This document shows positions 19,981 to 33,193 of a stretch of 64,000 bases of DNA, in pieces; the first letter of the stretch is position 1, and each line of letters opens with the position of its first letter. The notes beneath the pieces are model-generated. The model was not told where the DNA came from, did not search any database, and saw only the letters and a list, made by a program, of their open reading frames with translations. A program made the translations under genes and the position numbers. This DNA comes from Rebecca billardiae RCC1528 (lineage: Eukaryota > Protista > Haptophyta), in contig OZ251225.1 in assembly GCA_965240325.2 (NCBI GenBank), positions 434,001-498,000 on the forward strand. The letters are read 5' to 3'.

Positions 19981-21599
19981 TGCCGCGGCGGCGCTAGCCA
20001 GTGACGACAAACACTACGCGAAGCTGCGCGCGGGTCTGATTCCGCGCGCATCAGCAAAAGTTTCGGCCCACCGGGCACCGATTCCGTACGGACTGTCTGT
20101 CACTACTCACTGTCACTCAGACTGTCAGTAAGCTAGCGCCTGTATAGCTTTGAAGTAGTCGTAGTAAGTACTAAGTAACGCTGAGCTGATAATCATAGCA
20201 GCTATGCTAGATGGACATACCGCACCGTCGTGGGGCTATTGGTACAATAACTGATTGTCTAAGAGGACGACCAGGACGCCGCGCGCCAGCGCCGCTCATC
20301 AGCTCCATCGCCGTCTACCGGACCATTACTCCTCAACGAGCTGCTCCCGGACCAACAGCCTGTCTGGGGTTTTCCGTCCCGGGCCAGAAGATCTCCGGCC
20401 CGGCCGGTCCGCACGCTCTGGTCATCTCGGCATCTCGACTATTTTATTCAGCAGCGGCTCGGGAGTGGTCAATGATGGCCATCGACCACGTTACCAGCCC
20501 ACGTGGCCGATCGTGCGCGCCCTGCATGTTACTCGCCGGCAGCTGCGGCTCGCACGCGGGTAGTGGCGCGTTGCGTGCACCGACCATCATCAACATCTTT
20601 CGGCAACTCGGCGGGGTAAGCAACGCGATATACTTATCGGCGACGACGACGACTGCTAAGCTTATATATTAATGGCCCGCGGTGCAGGGCGGAGCGCGCA
20701 GCGTGGAGCCCGCACCAGCGGGCCCGAACCACGTTTCAAAAAGAACTTTGATCAAGAAAAAAGAGACGGGGGGCGATTTTTTAGGGCTGGAGGAGACCGA
20801 GTTTCGATTTTGAGACTCCCTTACAGGTGCATTAGCGTCGAAAAAGGACGCGTCCGCCGTCTTGAATAGTGAACAGAGGAATCAACGAAACCCACGCCCA
20901 AGTGTGCCAGGCTGGGTAAATTTTGTGGGTAGACTCTCGTTCTAGTGTGACCATAGTAAAATAATATGGCCTCGCCGCCGCAAGATGCCATCACTAGAAC
21001 GACAGTTGATCAACATTATAGCCGAGTCCAACCAACTCCAATAGTGCGAGACATTCAGCAAGGCAAGGGCTGTATCGCCTCTTGATTGGGTAATTGTGGG
21101 TACTATCGTTCAGTCTATCATATCAGTACATTGGCTCGCTATGATAACGGTGTTGGGGGCATAAGGTCATTTTGGGTAATTGTGGGTATTATCATACCCA
21201 GTTGGGAGCCAGGGGGCGCGCGGCACGCGCTCGCTCCAAAAACGGGGCGAGCCCTCGATCAAAATCGACCGCCAAACGGGGCGAGCCCTCGATCGACCGC
21301 CATCGGTGTGGACGACCGCGCGGAGCGCGCGCCGCGCGCGCGCCGCCCGCGCGGCCGCGGGCGCCTCCCGCGCGGGTGGCGCACGCACGCCCGCGCGCCC
21401 GCCCGCGCGCGCGGCCGCGTTTGCGGGCGCGCGCGGATTGTCGATGAAGGCTTCTGTCTGTCGGGCGTTGCGTCAATCGTGCGCCATGTCGTGCCATGTC
21501 GTGGCGTGCGCATGTGCGCACTCTCGGTGGGGTGGTGCGCGGGCGGCGGCGCTCTCCTGAATTCTACCCCGCGCCCGTTTCGCTGTGCGTGCGCGCTGC

Positions 21600-22560
21600 G
21601 TCGCGCAGGCACGCGAGAGTACCTGCGGCTCCCGCGCGGCCGACGTGGACGGTCGCCCCCGGCGCGCCGCTCGAGCACGCGCTCGCGTGTCTGCGTGGAC
21701 TGGGTTATAGCGCGCGTGCCGCGCCTTCTTTTCTCGGTGCAGGCGCGCTGGCTGCAGGCCTTGGCCATCGACTACGCGGCGCGCACCCTAGCACTCCCTA
21801 GCAGCCAGCCGCGACGAGTCCGAGTCTGCGCGCGCAGATGGGCGGCGGCGCGCAGGCCGTGCGCGCGCAGATACACGAGCACGTGCGCGTGAAGGCGCTG
21901 GGCGCCGAGCTGGCAAAGCGCGACGCCGAGCTCGACGCGTGCGCGCAGAGGCGCTGGGCGCCGAGCTGGCGAAGCGAGACGCCGAGCTCGACGCGCTGCG
22001 TCACGCGGCACGGATGCGCTGGGCGCGCGCGCTGCCCTTGTCCACGCCCTGCAGCAGCTCGAGCAGGTGTGGACGGCCCTCGAAGCTACGGTGGGCGAGC
22101 GCGCGCCACTCAGCCTGCCGCTGGCCGCCGCCATCCTCGAGGCCGACGCGGCGGAGCAGGCGGCGGGCGAGCACGGCGGCGCGGTGCGGAGCAGGGCACG
22201 CGTGCGCCTGGCGGCGGGCGCGACACGCCACTCGCTTCGTCCCACCCCGAGCTCCGCTCGGTCTGCGCGTGGCTGCGCAGCGTGGGCGGGCAGCAGTGGC
22301 GCGCGCTCTCGCTATGCCGGCCCGAGGCGCGCCGGCTGAGCGACCAGCGGCCCTTCGTCGAGCGCATGGCGCAGCGCGAGCACCTCAAGCAGGTGCGCGC
22401 GCGCGCGCGCACGCGCCGGCCCGCGCCGCGCGGCGCCTCTCGCCCTGCACGCGCGCCGCCCCGCTTCCCCGCGCGGCCCGTCCGCGCCTCTCGCCCTGCG
22501 CGCGCGCCGCCCCGCTTCCCCGCGCGGCCCGTCCGCTGGTGTCCCGTGCCGGCCACCCTT
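21600..22560 (+). pseudogene. Frameshifted gene fragment with internal tandem duplications
   Basis: Coding-like pieces in shifting frames (ALGAELAKRDAELDA twice, WTALEATVGER, HPELRSVCAWLRS...QREHLKQ then a GTGCGC donor); duplications at 21893-21939/21949-21995 and 22434-22484/22485-22535. Confidence 0.55.
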
Positions 22561-23759
22561 GGCCGTCGGCGCGCCCATTCACGCGCCGCGAGTCCGACGG
22601 ACGGGTCTGACTCTCACTCACTCTCCGAGACGGTGCGGCTGCCTGTCTGACTGCCAGGCAGACGCCAGACCGTGCGGATTGACGACGTCACGGTCTCATT
22701 CTCAACCACTGCGCCGCGGGCCCCCAACTGCGTTGGTTCTACGAAAAAGGACCGCGGAACGCGGTCATATATTTTAATATATATATTCATGTCTAGCCGT
22801 CCTCGAAGCGCCTGCGCCATCCAGATGCAGCGAGGAGGCGAGGCACACGCCGGGCAGGGCGGAGCCACGCTGCGAGATACCAGACTCTATACATTGAATA
22901 AGGGATTTTTGTTCCTCGGAAACAAAGTGCGAGCGGCAGCCGCTCAGGCCGAGCGCGCGGCAGGACTGGCCGCTCGACGCCGACAGACGCGCGGTGTGAG
23001 ATGGAAGCTTGGAAGACGCAGCTCGAGAGCCGCCAAGCCGCACGAGAGCGAGGCACGAGGCACCATCGTGCAGAGGCGGGCGCCCTGAAAGATGCAGGCC
23101 CAGAACACTCTGAACAGCTGCAGCCATCAGGACAGTGGGCGCTTCCGAAACGAAGGGCGTCGTCCGCTGCGTGAGCGAGAGAGACACAGGGCCGCGTCGG
23201 TCGGCTCGGCGCCAGATGAAAGAATCCAGGCCACCAATTGGCTGTCCAGAGGCTCCACCATGCCAACCCGCTCAAAGCTCAGGAGCAGCACAACGAGTTA
23301 GCTAGTTCTGGGCCGTTGTGCGCGCGCACAGAGCAGGCTCGAAAGACCCTCGTGGCACGAGAAGAGGGTGGCCAAGATGGCAGCCGGACTTGCGCTCGGC
23401 CGCCTGCCTCGGGCCGATTGGCAGGCAGGTGTTGATACCATACGGCGCATTGCGCTCCCACCGTCCTCTTAGACAATAATCAGTTATTGTGCCAATAACC
23501 CCACATATAATTACGCATATTAATTATATTATTATTGTATTGCGGGTTTTATTGGATTCCGACGACCGGACGCGATTCGTCTTTCAAGGACCGCATGGGG
23601 CCCCATCAGTTATATATATATATATATAATGATCGGCTACGCCGATCTTCGGGTAGTAAACAACGAAGTTGAGGGCGCACGGCCCTGGTAGTTGTCGCGT
23701 TCTTCACCGAATCACGATGCGCGCGCCCGGCGCGCCTCGCCGTGCAGGAGGCGCGGGCG

Positions 23760-24980
23760 CGAGTAATCGACGCGATCGACGGCCTCGGGGGGCTGCGCCG
23801 TGTCGCGGCTCTTCACGCAGCCGGCGTGCCCCTCGAGCGCGCGCACGCACTCGGCGGTGTCCACGCCCACAGCCGCACGACCGCGTCGCTGTCGTCGCCC
23901 GCGCTCGCCGCGACGCGCCCGTCGGCCGAGAGTGCGACCGCCTCCACCCAGCCGGCGTGCGCTACCAGCACTCGCGCGCAGTGCTCGCGCCCGCGCGCCC
24001 AGCTGGCGCGGGCGGCCGGGTGCGCGGCGCGCGGCGCGCGCCGCGCTCACGCGGACTCGGCCTCGGGGGGCTGCGCCGTGTCGCGGCTCTTCACGCAGCC
24101 GGCGTGCCCCTCGAGCGCGCGCACGCACTCGGCGGTGTCCCACGCCCACAGCCGCACGACCGCGTCGCTGTCGTCGCCCGCGCTCGCCGCGACGCGCCCG
24201 TCGGCCGAGAGTGCGACCGCCTCCACCCAGCCGGCGTGCGCTAGCAGCACAGCCTCGCACGGCCCGCGCGCGGCGAGCAGGGGCGCTCGCGCGCAGTGCT
24301 CGCGCCCGCGCGCCCAGCTGGCGCGGGCGGCCGGGTGCGCGGCGCGCGGCGCGCGCCGCGCCCACGCGGACTCGTGCGGCGCCGAGCCAACCGGCTGCTC
24401 GAGGCACAGCGCGAGGCAGCGGCCCGGCGCCGCGGCGGCGGCGGAGGCGCTCAGCCGCGCGAGCTGCAGTCAGTCCGCGACGCGCGCGCGCAGCGCCGCA
24501 GCCTCCGCGCGCGCGGCCGCGCCCGGCTCGCCGCCGCCGCCGCCGCGCGCGTCGGCGTCGGCGAGCGCCGCGGCCGTGTCCGCGAGGTCGCGCACGTACT
24601 CGGTCTCGAGGCCGTGCCGCGCGCGCGCCTCCCACCCGTCCGCGCCCGCGTCGGTGAGCTCGCGCGCCGCGTCGGCCGCACGCCCGGCCGCGAGCAGCGC
24701 TTGCACTAGCTCCTCGCACCGGCGCACATTGAGCACGGCGGCGTCGCGGCCGGCGAGGCCGAGGCGCGCGGCGGAGAGGAGCAGGGGCTGCGGCGCGACG
24801 CGCCGCCGCCCGTCCTCGCCGCCGGTGGCCTTCGGGTGGCGCAGCGGCTTGGCGGCCTCGCCCGCCCACGTGCTCCGCCGCCGCGTCGGCGAGCAGCACG
24901 GCGTGCAGCGCGCTCGGCGCCTCTCCGAGTGCCGAGCGCACCCACCGCCTCGGCCTGCCGCGTTCGTGTGGCCAAGCTAC
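23760..24980 (-). pseudogene. Disrupted WD40-repeat gene fragment
   Basis: LAHAGWVEAVALSADGRVAASAGDDSDAVVRLWAWDTAECVRALEGHAGCV (WD40); a tandem duplication of about 280-315 bp (23781-24058 / 24059-24373) with indels breaks the frame. Confidence 0.65.
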
Positions 24981-25842
24981 TAGCTAGGCAGCGCCTTTTG
25001 TCATCGCGCGAAGCCGTGTGGAGCAGTATTCATCAACGGGACGAGATAACTATCAGAAGGGGGGGGGGCCTTGCTCCTTACAACGTGGATCCTTGCTCGT
25101 GATCTCAGAAATAAGGATACGGTTATGAATCGCGCGCGGGAACGCCCTCGGGCTACCCGCGTCAATGATATCTCGTCGCCCGCGAGGGTTCGTGCGAAAC
25201 GGTGCGAATATGTCGTGCTATAATACTTCCCTTCGCGGGCCACCCGGCTTTAAGAGATATTACCCGTGTATGAATCTTAACCTGATGATATCCGCCCCTG
25301 AGAAGCGACGGTTCATGACTTCAGATGCCGGCATAATACTTTACTTCAAGCGACATAAAAGCCGACCCAACCTCTCAGTCTCTTTTCTATGGTTGGCGAG
25401 CTGTTTCAGGCCCTTACAATTCAGCCATCTTACTTTGACGGAATGTTCGAACACACGGCTGGTATTATGTGCTATTCCACCCTGCTTTCCCCTAAGTGTT
25501 ACTATCGTTAAAATTAAGGGGCAGTACAAACGCAATCATTGCGGCAGCGATATCCACTCATACGCGGTGGCCACCTAGCGAAAAATCCCCAAAATCCTGC
25601 GCGCATCCTCTTTTTGATTTTGCGGAGCACGTGCGCCGCCCCCCCCGGCTTTCGCTCACGCCCAGACCTTTCGGGGGGGGGCGGGGCGTGCGCCATGAGG
25701 CAGCAGCAAAATGAGGCACGCGCGTACCTGCAGTGCCGCCCGGCGTAAACTTTGTGCTGGGGCTGAGCAGCGGTATACTCTGCCGGCGCCGACGGCAACT
25801 ATACAGCAACTCCTCCTTAGCAATAAAAGCTAGCAGTCATCA

Positions 25843-28800
25843 TCACGACGGGATCCTCAAGCCGACGTGTTCTGGCCGGGCAACCTCGACGCCCCGCGGC
25901 TGCGGCGGTGGCCGGGCCCGGTGCCCAGGTGGGCGCGTTGTCGTCGGACTCAGCCGGACAGCGTCGTCGGCGCGTCGGCGGGGATCCGGCGCCGGGTGCG
26001 GCACTGTCGGAGGCGGCCGGACAGCGGCGGCACGCTGGCGATCGTCTGCCAAGGCCTGACTCGCCGCGTGCGCCTTTTCGACCGGAGCTCCGCCGGTCGC
26101 CGCCGCCGCAACGGCGCCGGGCGCGCACGTCTGCGCACTCTCTGGCGCGCCCTCGGCGGCGAAGCGTGGGAAGACGTTCGGCGCTGGCTCCCTGGGCTGC
26201 GACGACGGCCGGGGGCTCCTCGGCCTGGTGAAGTTGTAGTACGCCTCGGTGCCCTCCTCAGACTCCACGTCGGGGATCTGACCGAGCTCGACGTTGCGCA
26301 CCGCCTCGAGCGCCTGCCTGCGCGTGCTCCCTGATGCGGCGGTTGGCGCGCGGCGCGGAGAGCGCGGCGGGAGTGGCGGAGCGTGCGCGCACGGCGGGCG
26401 TCGCCGCAAGCGCGTGAGGCGGCGCGGCAAGGAGCAGCCCGACTCGCGCGCGCGGGCGGGGGGGAGGAGGCGCCGGGCTGGGCACGCGCGTGGCCACCGC
26501 GGCCCGCCCACAGGCGCGCGCGCAGCGCACCGCGGTCGAACAGCCTGGTGAGGTACTGCCGGCGGTACGCCACGCGCTTCTGCGCGCGCACGGTCCACCA
26601 CGGCCGGTCGGGCATGAACTTGGCGATGAGCAGCCGCGTGGCGATCAGCCCGTGCTCCAGGATCACCACGACCAGCAGCCGGCTCCCCAGGCTGTCGTCC
26701 TGCATCTCGTCGTGCACGCCAAAGCCGAACTGGCGCGCGATCGTCCCGACCGAGTCGGACGCGCGCCACAGGATCAGCATGTTGGTGACGATGGCGAGGT
26801 AGGCGATCATCTCGAGCAGGAAGGCCCAGTTGCCGATGCCCTCCGCGCCCGAGTACATCGGCCGGCGCGAGAGCTCGACGAGCTTCCACGCGTCCGTCTT
26901 GCGCTCGACCTGGGCGCGCGCGTGCGCACGCGCCGTGGTGCGATGCGCGTTGGCCGTGCGCGAGAGGCTGTGGCAGCGGGCGGCGTGCGCGCGCGCCCAC
27001 GCGCGTCGCGAGCGATGGCCGCGCGGAGGCCACGGGGCGTCGCGGGCGGCGCACCATGTTGTTGATGAACGCGAGCAGCGACGCGGGTGGGAACGCGATC
27101 GCGAAGAGCGTGATGTACCTGGCGAGTGCGTGCGCGCGAGGCGCGTGTGCGCGCTGAGCGGATGGCGGCGGCGCATGCGGCGCGCGCGGCGCGGGCGCAC
27201 CGCGCGCGCTCGTGCGCGCCAGCGCCCGCGAGCGCGCGCGCACCCGAACTGCACGACCATCTCGCCCATCTCGCTCATCGAGCCCGCGTACTCGGGGAGG
27301 TAGCGCTCCCTCTCCAGCCGCTCTGGCAGTGGGCGGAGCAGCGTCTCGCGCGTCTGCCGCATCTCCAGCGGAGAGACGCCGTGGCCGCACACGGCGACCA
27401 GCCGGTCGCGCAGCCAGTCGGTCGCGTCCTCGAACGCGTCGCCCGCGGACGGGCGCGCGCCCCACTGGTACACGGGCTCGTCGACGTCCGACTCGACGTC
27501 CGAGTCGCTCGAGGGGAGCGAGAGCGTCTCGTCCGACGGGCTCGGCCGCGCCGCCTCCAAGTCCGGCGCGCGCGGCCCCTGCGCGCGCGCGCTCCCGCCG
27601 CCGCTGCCGCGGCGGTAGCGCTCGCTGAGCGGCCGCATCGAGACGGCCGAGCCTGCCCTCTGGCCGCTGAGGCTCGCCGCCTCCAGTAGGCGCCACAGCG
27701 CGTCGGGCTCGACCTCGGGCGGCGGCTGGTCGGCGCCCGCGTGGCCGGACGAGCGACGGTCGACTGCCGAGCGCGAGCGACGCTGGTGCTCCGTGCCCGA
27801 GCGGCGCTCCCTGTACAGCAGCTTGAGCCAGCCGAGCACGATCGGCGCGATCAGCGTCTTGAAGTGGCGCGCGAGCGTCTCCTTGAAGATCAGGATGGCG
27901 ATCATTTGTACGGTGAGGTCGGTGAGGCACGAGGACTCGCACGTGTCGGCGAGGCGCGGGTCGCCGAAGAGCGCCGCGCCGTCCTGCTTGAAGAACGCGA
28001 TGTAGATCAGCGCGATGTACGAGTTGACGCACTGGAAGGCGAACGTCTTGACGATCAGCGAATCTTCGAACTCCGTGTTTGTGCGGTGCAGCTCCCACTC
28101 CGTGATCGCGTGCCCGACCCAGCCCCAGAGCACGTTGCTCGTGTTGATGAAGACGGCGGTCATCGCCGAGCCGAGCAGGAGCGCGACCCACGGGTGGATC
28201 CCCACCACGTTCACCAGGTACACGCGCAGCGCGATGATGGCGAACGCGCCGACGGCGACAGCGATGATGGTGATGGCGGTGAGCACGTACCCGGCGCGCT
28301 CGCGCGCGCGGTGCACGCGCGGGTCGATCACCTTGGTGAGCGGCGCGCCCTCCTGCCGCGGCAGCGCGATGAAGCCGCCCTCGCCGCGCGCGTGGATCCC
28401 GCGCCGGCGCACGGCGAGCCGGTGCGACGTGTACGCGTAGCGCGAGGGCTCGTTGTCGGCGAATGTGCCGACGTTCCACGCGAACGTGAGCTCCGCGTTG
28501 CGCTGCGCCCAGCGCTTGAGCACGACGATGCTCCACACGGAGACGAGCAGCACGTACGCGGGCAGCAGGGCGTTGTCCACGCTGCCGTGCCGCGCGAGCA
28601 TCGCCGCGGCGTACCCGAACACCGCGAGCGAGATCAGCGCGAGCACCACCAGGTAGCGCGTGTACACGTCGAGAAACTCGAAGTAGAGCGCGATCTGGTC
28701 GCCAAAGTAGCCGTGCACGAGGTCGCGCGGGTACTCGAGCGAGGGGTAGACCCACTCGCGCAGCAGCCGCGCCTGCGCGAAGGGGTCGTGCAGGCAGAAC

Positions 28801-29411
28801 CAGTCGTCGATCAGCCCGTCGCTCTTCGCCGAGTTGAGGAAGACGTCGCACCCGTTGAACTCCTCCGCCTCCTCGAGGATGGCAAAGATGAGCCGCTGCC
28901 GCTGCAGCGAGCTGAAGATGAACTCGCCCTTCGTCATGTCGTCGTTGGCGAACTCGGGGGCGCGCGCGGCGGAGAAGGTGTCGTACGAGGCGGCGTTCGA
29001 CTCTGGGTCGTTGTACCGCGGGCTCAGCCGCACCGACACGGACTGCTCCTGCGCGCGCCGCCAGAGCACCGGCTTGGGCGCGGCGATCACGACAAAGAAC
29101 GCCGACGGGTCGGACGCGCTGTCGATGCGGCGCAGCAGGAGGCCCGCGCGGCGCATCTTGCGGAACATCTGCTTGCGCTTGCGCACGCGCTCCGGTGCGA
29201 CGCCCGTGCGGCGCGCGACGATCGCCACCGAGTAGGCCACCTCGCCGTTCATGAAGAGCGGCACGTCCGGGACGTCGAGGTTCGGGTCGCGCGCCGTGAG
29301 CGCGCGGCTCGCCGGCGTGCGCGCGAGCGGCCGCGAGTCGCGACGGCCGGCGAGCGCGCGCGCGCTGCGGTGCCACCGCTTGAGGTAGGCCGGCAGCGAC
29401 GGCAGCGCCAT
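25843..29411 (-). CDS. Anoctamin/TMEM16 family channel-scramblase; introns 27119-27243, 26910-27054, 26331-26530
   Basis: FSSLQRQRLI, YFGDQIALYFEF, TEWELHRTNTEFEDSLIVKTFAFQCVNSY; after splicing [38 protein letters not shown] and RRP...AEGIGNW. Confidence 0.92.
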
Positions 29412-30394
29412 CCTCGCGCGCGGGGAGTCAGTCGCCTGCGTCGTCAACGCACCCCCGCTGCAAGCACCGCCATCGCTCTCGGGGCGCTGCAATCTCGTAG
29501 TCGGGAGGATACGGATACACCCATCAAGTATCGATCCTGATTCAAGATGCATGATGCTACTTTATCGAACCCCTGTACATCTGGCCAGGTCTGGCTGTCA
29601 CAATCGAACCGTCGCGTCGAGGGAGTCGACGCCCGCCATGTGCAGCCCGCGCGTCGCGAGCGGCTCCGTCGGCATCCCGGCGGATTCACGCCAGACCACG
29701 CCACGAGCGAACGGAATTGCACGCTGGACCTCCTCTCGTGGGCCGTGGACATCCACTCTGGGATGCAGGCCAATGTACGGCAAAGAGCGTTCATGTTGAG
29801 GGCAGCAGCGGCGGGGCTCGGCCCCTTCGGCCGTTTTTCAGCCATGGCGGCCACCGCCGTTGCGCCGGCCAGGGCGGCCAAGGCCACACGTCTCGTCGTC
29901 AGCAAACTCGAAGTTGTGGCCGCATGCACGCTTCGAACAGCGCTACACCCACACGGTCACGGACGCTCGTGGTTAGCTATCTGAGTACTGTAGACCGTAC
30001 GGCAAGGCGATCCGCACTGCACCAGTAGCTACTACGGAGTACGGGACAAGAAAACTACGCCAATGGCATATGCGAGTGAGTAATTCTCCACACATGCCTG
30101 TAGCTAGATTCATAAGGTTGTCCTAGGCGGACGTTTTGTACGCTGAAAGTAAAAGATTTCACATACGAACATATTGGACGCGGCCCGTGGCGGCTGAGTC
30201 ATGAGTGCCCCCGCTGTGCCCCGTGCCCGTGGGCGTGAGTACTGAGTGGCGCGCGCAGCGGCAGTACAGTAGTCGGTAGAGGACTGTCGGGGGCCGGGGG
30301 GGGGGGAGCGGGCCAACACTAGTACCGACTCCCGCGCATTCTCTACTGAAACAGAACGTACTACTGTACGCCGCAGCTTAGTGCAATATTAACG

Positions 30395-32481
30395 CTACTT
30401 GACAAACTGCCTACTGTCACCGGCGCTGCGGTGGCCGTACGGGTTGCTCGCCGAGAACGCGTGGCCCGTGCTCTGCCGCTTTGCGCCCGGACCTGTCGCA
30501 TCTGCCACACCGCCGCGCTTGCGCGAGGCCTTGGGGTTGCCCTTGAGGTTGAGCGTCACCTTGGGCGGCACGGCGAACCCGAACGCCTTCGCCGTCGCCT
30601 GCAGGTCGAGGTTGTACACATCGAAGATGTCCTTGAGCGAGTGCGCCGCGTACGCGTGCAGGTACGAGCGGTACGCGTCGCGCGCCGACTTGTGCAGGTA
30701 GTAGTTCTTCTCGATGAGCTTCTCGAGCTGGGACTGTGGGCGAGGGGCAGGCGCGCGGGGCGCGGGGCGTGGGGTGTTGGCGGCCGGCCGACGCAATGGC
30801 TTGCGCGCCGCGCGCGCGCGCGGCGCCGTGCGAGTGTGCGGCGCGCGCGCACCGAGACGTTGGCGAGCTTGGTGAGCGGGAACTCGTACTCCTTGATGGT
30901 CACGCGCGCGCGCTTGAGGAAGTTGGTGAAGCCCAGCTCCTCGGGCAGCAGCATGAGCAGCGCGCGGCCCTGCGCGCCTGCGCGCGCCGTCCGGCCGACG
31001 CGGTGGATGTACTCGCGCGGGTCGTCGGGCGGGTCGTACTGCACGATCCAATCGACCGCCGGGATGTCGAGGCCGCGCGCCGCCACGTCCGTGCACAGCA
31101 GGATGCCTCGCTCCGCCTTGCAGAACTCGAAGAAGGTGGTGGTCCGCTTGTTCTGCTTCTGGTTGCCGTGCAGGTCGAGCACGGGCAGGTCGATGTAGTT
31201 GAGCAGCTCGGAGTGGAACTTCACCGAGTTGCACGAGGAGAAGAAGACGATCACCTGCGGCGGGTGGGGAGCGGCGCACCGCCGGCGCGGCGGCCGGCAC
31301 GGCAGGGCGGGTGGGCGCGGCGCGACACGGCGCGCGCGGGCTCGCGGCGGGTGAGAGCGCCGAGCGGCCGCGCTTGGCCGCGGGCGAGGCCGCGCCGCGG
31401 CGGCCGCGCGCGCCGCACAGCCGCCCGCCCCGGCGCACGCGTCGCCCCCGCGCGTGCGCGCGCGCGCACGCGCCTTCTTCTTGAGGTTCTTCTTGAGGAA
31501 GGTGAAGAGCAGCAGGAAGCGCTGCTCCATCGGGCACAGCACGTACCCCTGCTCGAGCGAGGCGACCGTCGAGGAGATCGACGCGGACTGCGCGCTGACG
31601 ACGAGGGGCTTGCGCAGCGCGAGGCGGCAGAGGTCCTTCACCGAGCTCGTCTGCGTCGCCGAGAACATCGCCGTCTGCCGGTCGTGCTTCGGCAGCTGCT
31701 TCATGATCTGGTTGACCTCCTCCTCGAAGCCGATCTCGAGCATGCGGTCCACCTCGTCGCACACAAACACGGCGAGGTTCTTGTAGTGGAAGCCCTTGGT
31801 CGAGAGCATGTGGTCGAGCAGCCGGCCGGGCGTCGCAATGAGGTGGTTCACCCCCTTCGCCAGCTTCTCCGCCTCGGCGCGCCGGTTGGCCCCGCCGATC
31901 ACCAGCCCGTGCGTCTGCTTGTGGTACTTGCACAGCTCGCGCAGCACGCCGTAGATCTGCAGCGCGAGCTCGCGCGTGGGCGAGATGCAGATCATGCCGG
32001 TGCCGTTGCGCGCGAGCCAGCTGGCGCGGGAGAGGAGCTCGACCGACGGCACGAGGAATGCCAGCGTCTTGCCCGAGCCCGTCTGCGCCTGCCCCATCAC
32101 GTCGCGCCCGGCCATGAGCGGCGGGATGGCGCGCGCCTGCACCTCCGTCATCGTGGTGAAGCCCATCTCGTCGATGGCCATGCGCGTGGGCTCGAGCAGG
32201 TCGAGCTTCGAGAACGGCACGTTCATGTAGTCGGCTGGGTCGTCGCTCTGCGCGACCTCCTCCGCCCCAGCCCCTGCGGCAGGCGCCTTCTTGTCGTGGC
32301 TGTCGCCAGCGCCGCGCTCCGCTCTCCCCGCCGCCGCTCCATTTGGCCCCGCCGCGTCCGGTGAGATGGGTCCGTGCCCGTTCTCCCCTGACCCCGCCTG
32401 CGCCTGCAGCTTCTTCAGCTTCTGCTTCTTCTTCTGCAGCTTGAGCTTGCGCTCGGCGTCGTCACGGTCGGGGGCCGGCAT
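30395..32481 (-). CDS. HAS1: DEAD-box RNA helicase HAS1/DDX18; introns 31255-31473 (GC-AG) and 30734-30852
   Basis: [76 protein letters not shown]. Confidence 0.95.
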
Positions 32482-32701
32482 GGATTCCACGATGCCCGTC
32501 CAGACGCGGCGCGTGCACGCACGGGCGTAAGCCCAGCCGCAGGGCTTGGCACGAGTTTTGGGGAGCACGATGGCGACGACGACGGCTGCTCGCTGTGTTT
32601 TTTGCAATACTTATTTTTGACGGCCGAGCGATTTGATTTATGATGATTTTGATTCGTCGCGCTTTCGCGCGCGATCACGAGGTCGCCCGTCCACGCGAGC
32701 G

Positions 32702-33160
32702 ATGTGCGACGCGTCGCGCATGGTGCGTGTGGTGCTTCTCGCACTGGTCTCGCTGGCGGCAGTGGCAGGCTTGTCGGCCGTGTCACCGCGCGCATGTGCG
32801 GCAGTGCCCTCGCGATCGCCTCGCGCGCGGGCGGCAGCGCTGATGCGACCTCCAAACAGCGCAGGCGGGCGGGGACGATACCAGCGGTGCGCCGCGGAGG
32901 GCTGCCGCAAGAAGGCCGTCGAAGGCGGCCTGTTGTGCCGAGAACACAGCGGCATGGCGACCGAGGCCCCGCAGCCGCCGCCTCCGACTCGCCCGCCGCC
33001 CCCGACCGAGCCCGCAGCCGCGGCCGCACGGCCTGCCGAGCGCGCGCGGCCGGCCGAGCGCCCAGCCTCACCGCGGCTGCGCGCGCCCGCGGCGGCCAAG
33101 GGTGCCGCGCCGGCGGACGCGCAGCCGGAGCTCTCGCCGCGCGCGCAGGCCGCGATGATG

Positions 33161-33193
<33 letters not shown>

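Noticed and set aside
25627-25692. C-run/G-run hairpin as a terminator or Helitron end
   Set aside because: Eukaryotic context, no U-tract and no adjacent CTRR terminus; probably TE debris.
26910-27243. Introner elements suggested by GTGCGCGCG...CGCGCGCAC inverted ends
   Set aside because: The introns are not similar to one another, and (GC)n low complexity produces such matches by chance.
29444-29929. Separate gene or upstream exon of the anoctamin
   Set aside because: No recognisable motif, weak codon bias and no convincing splice path.
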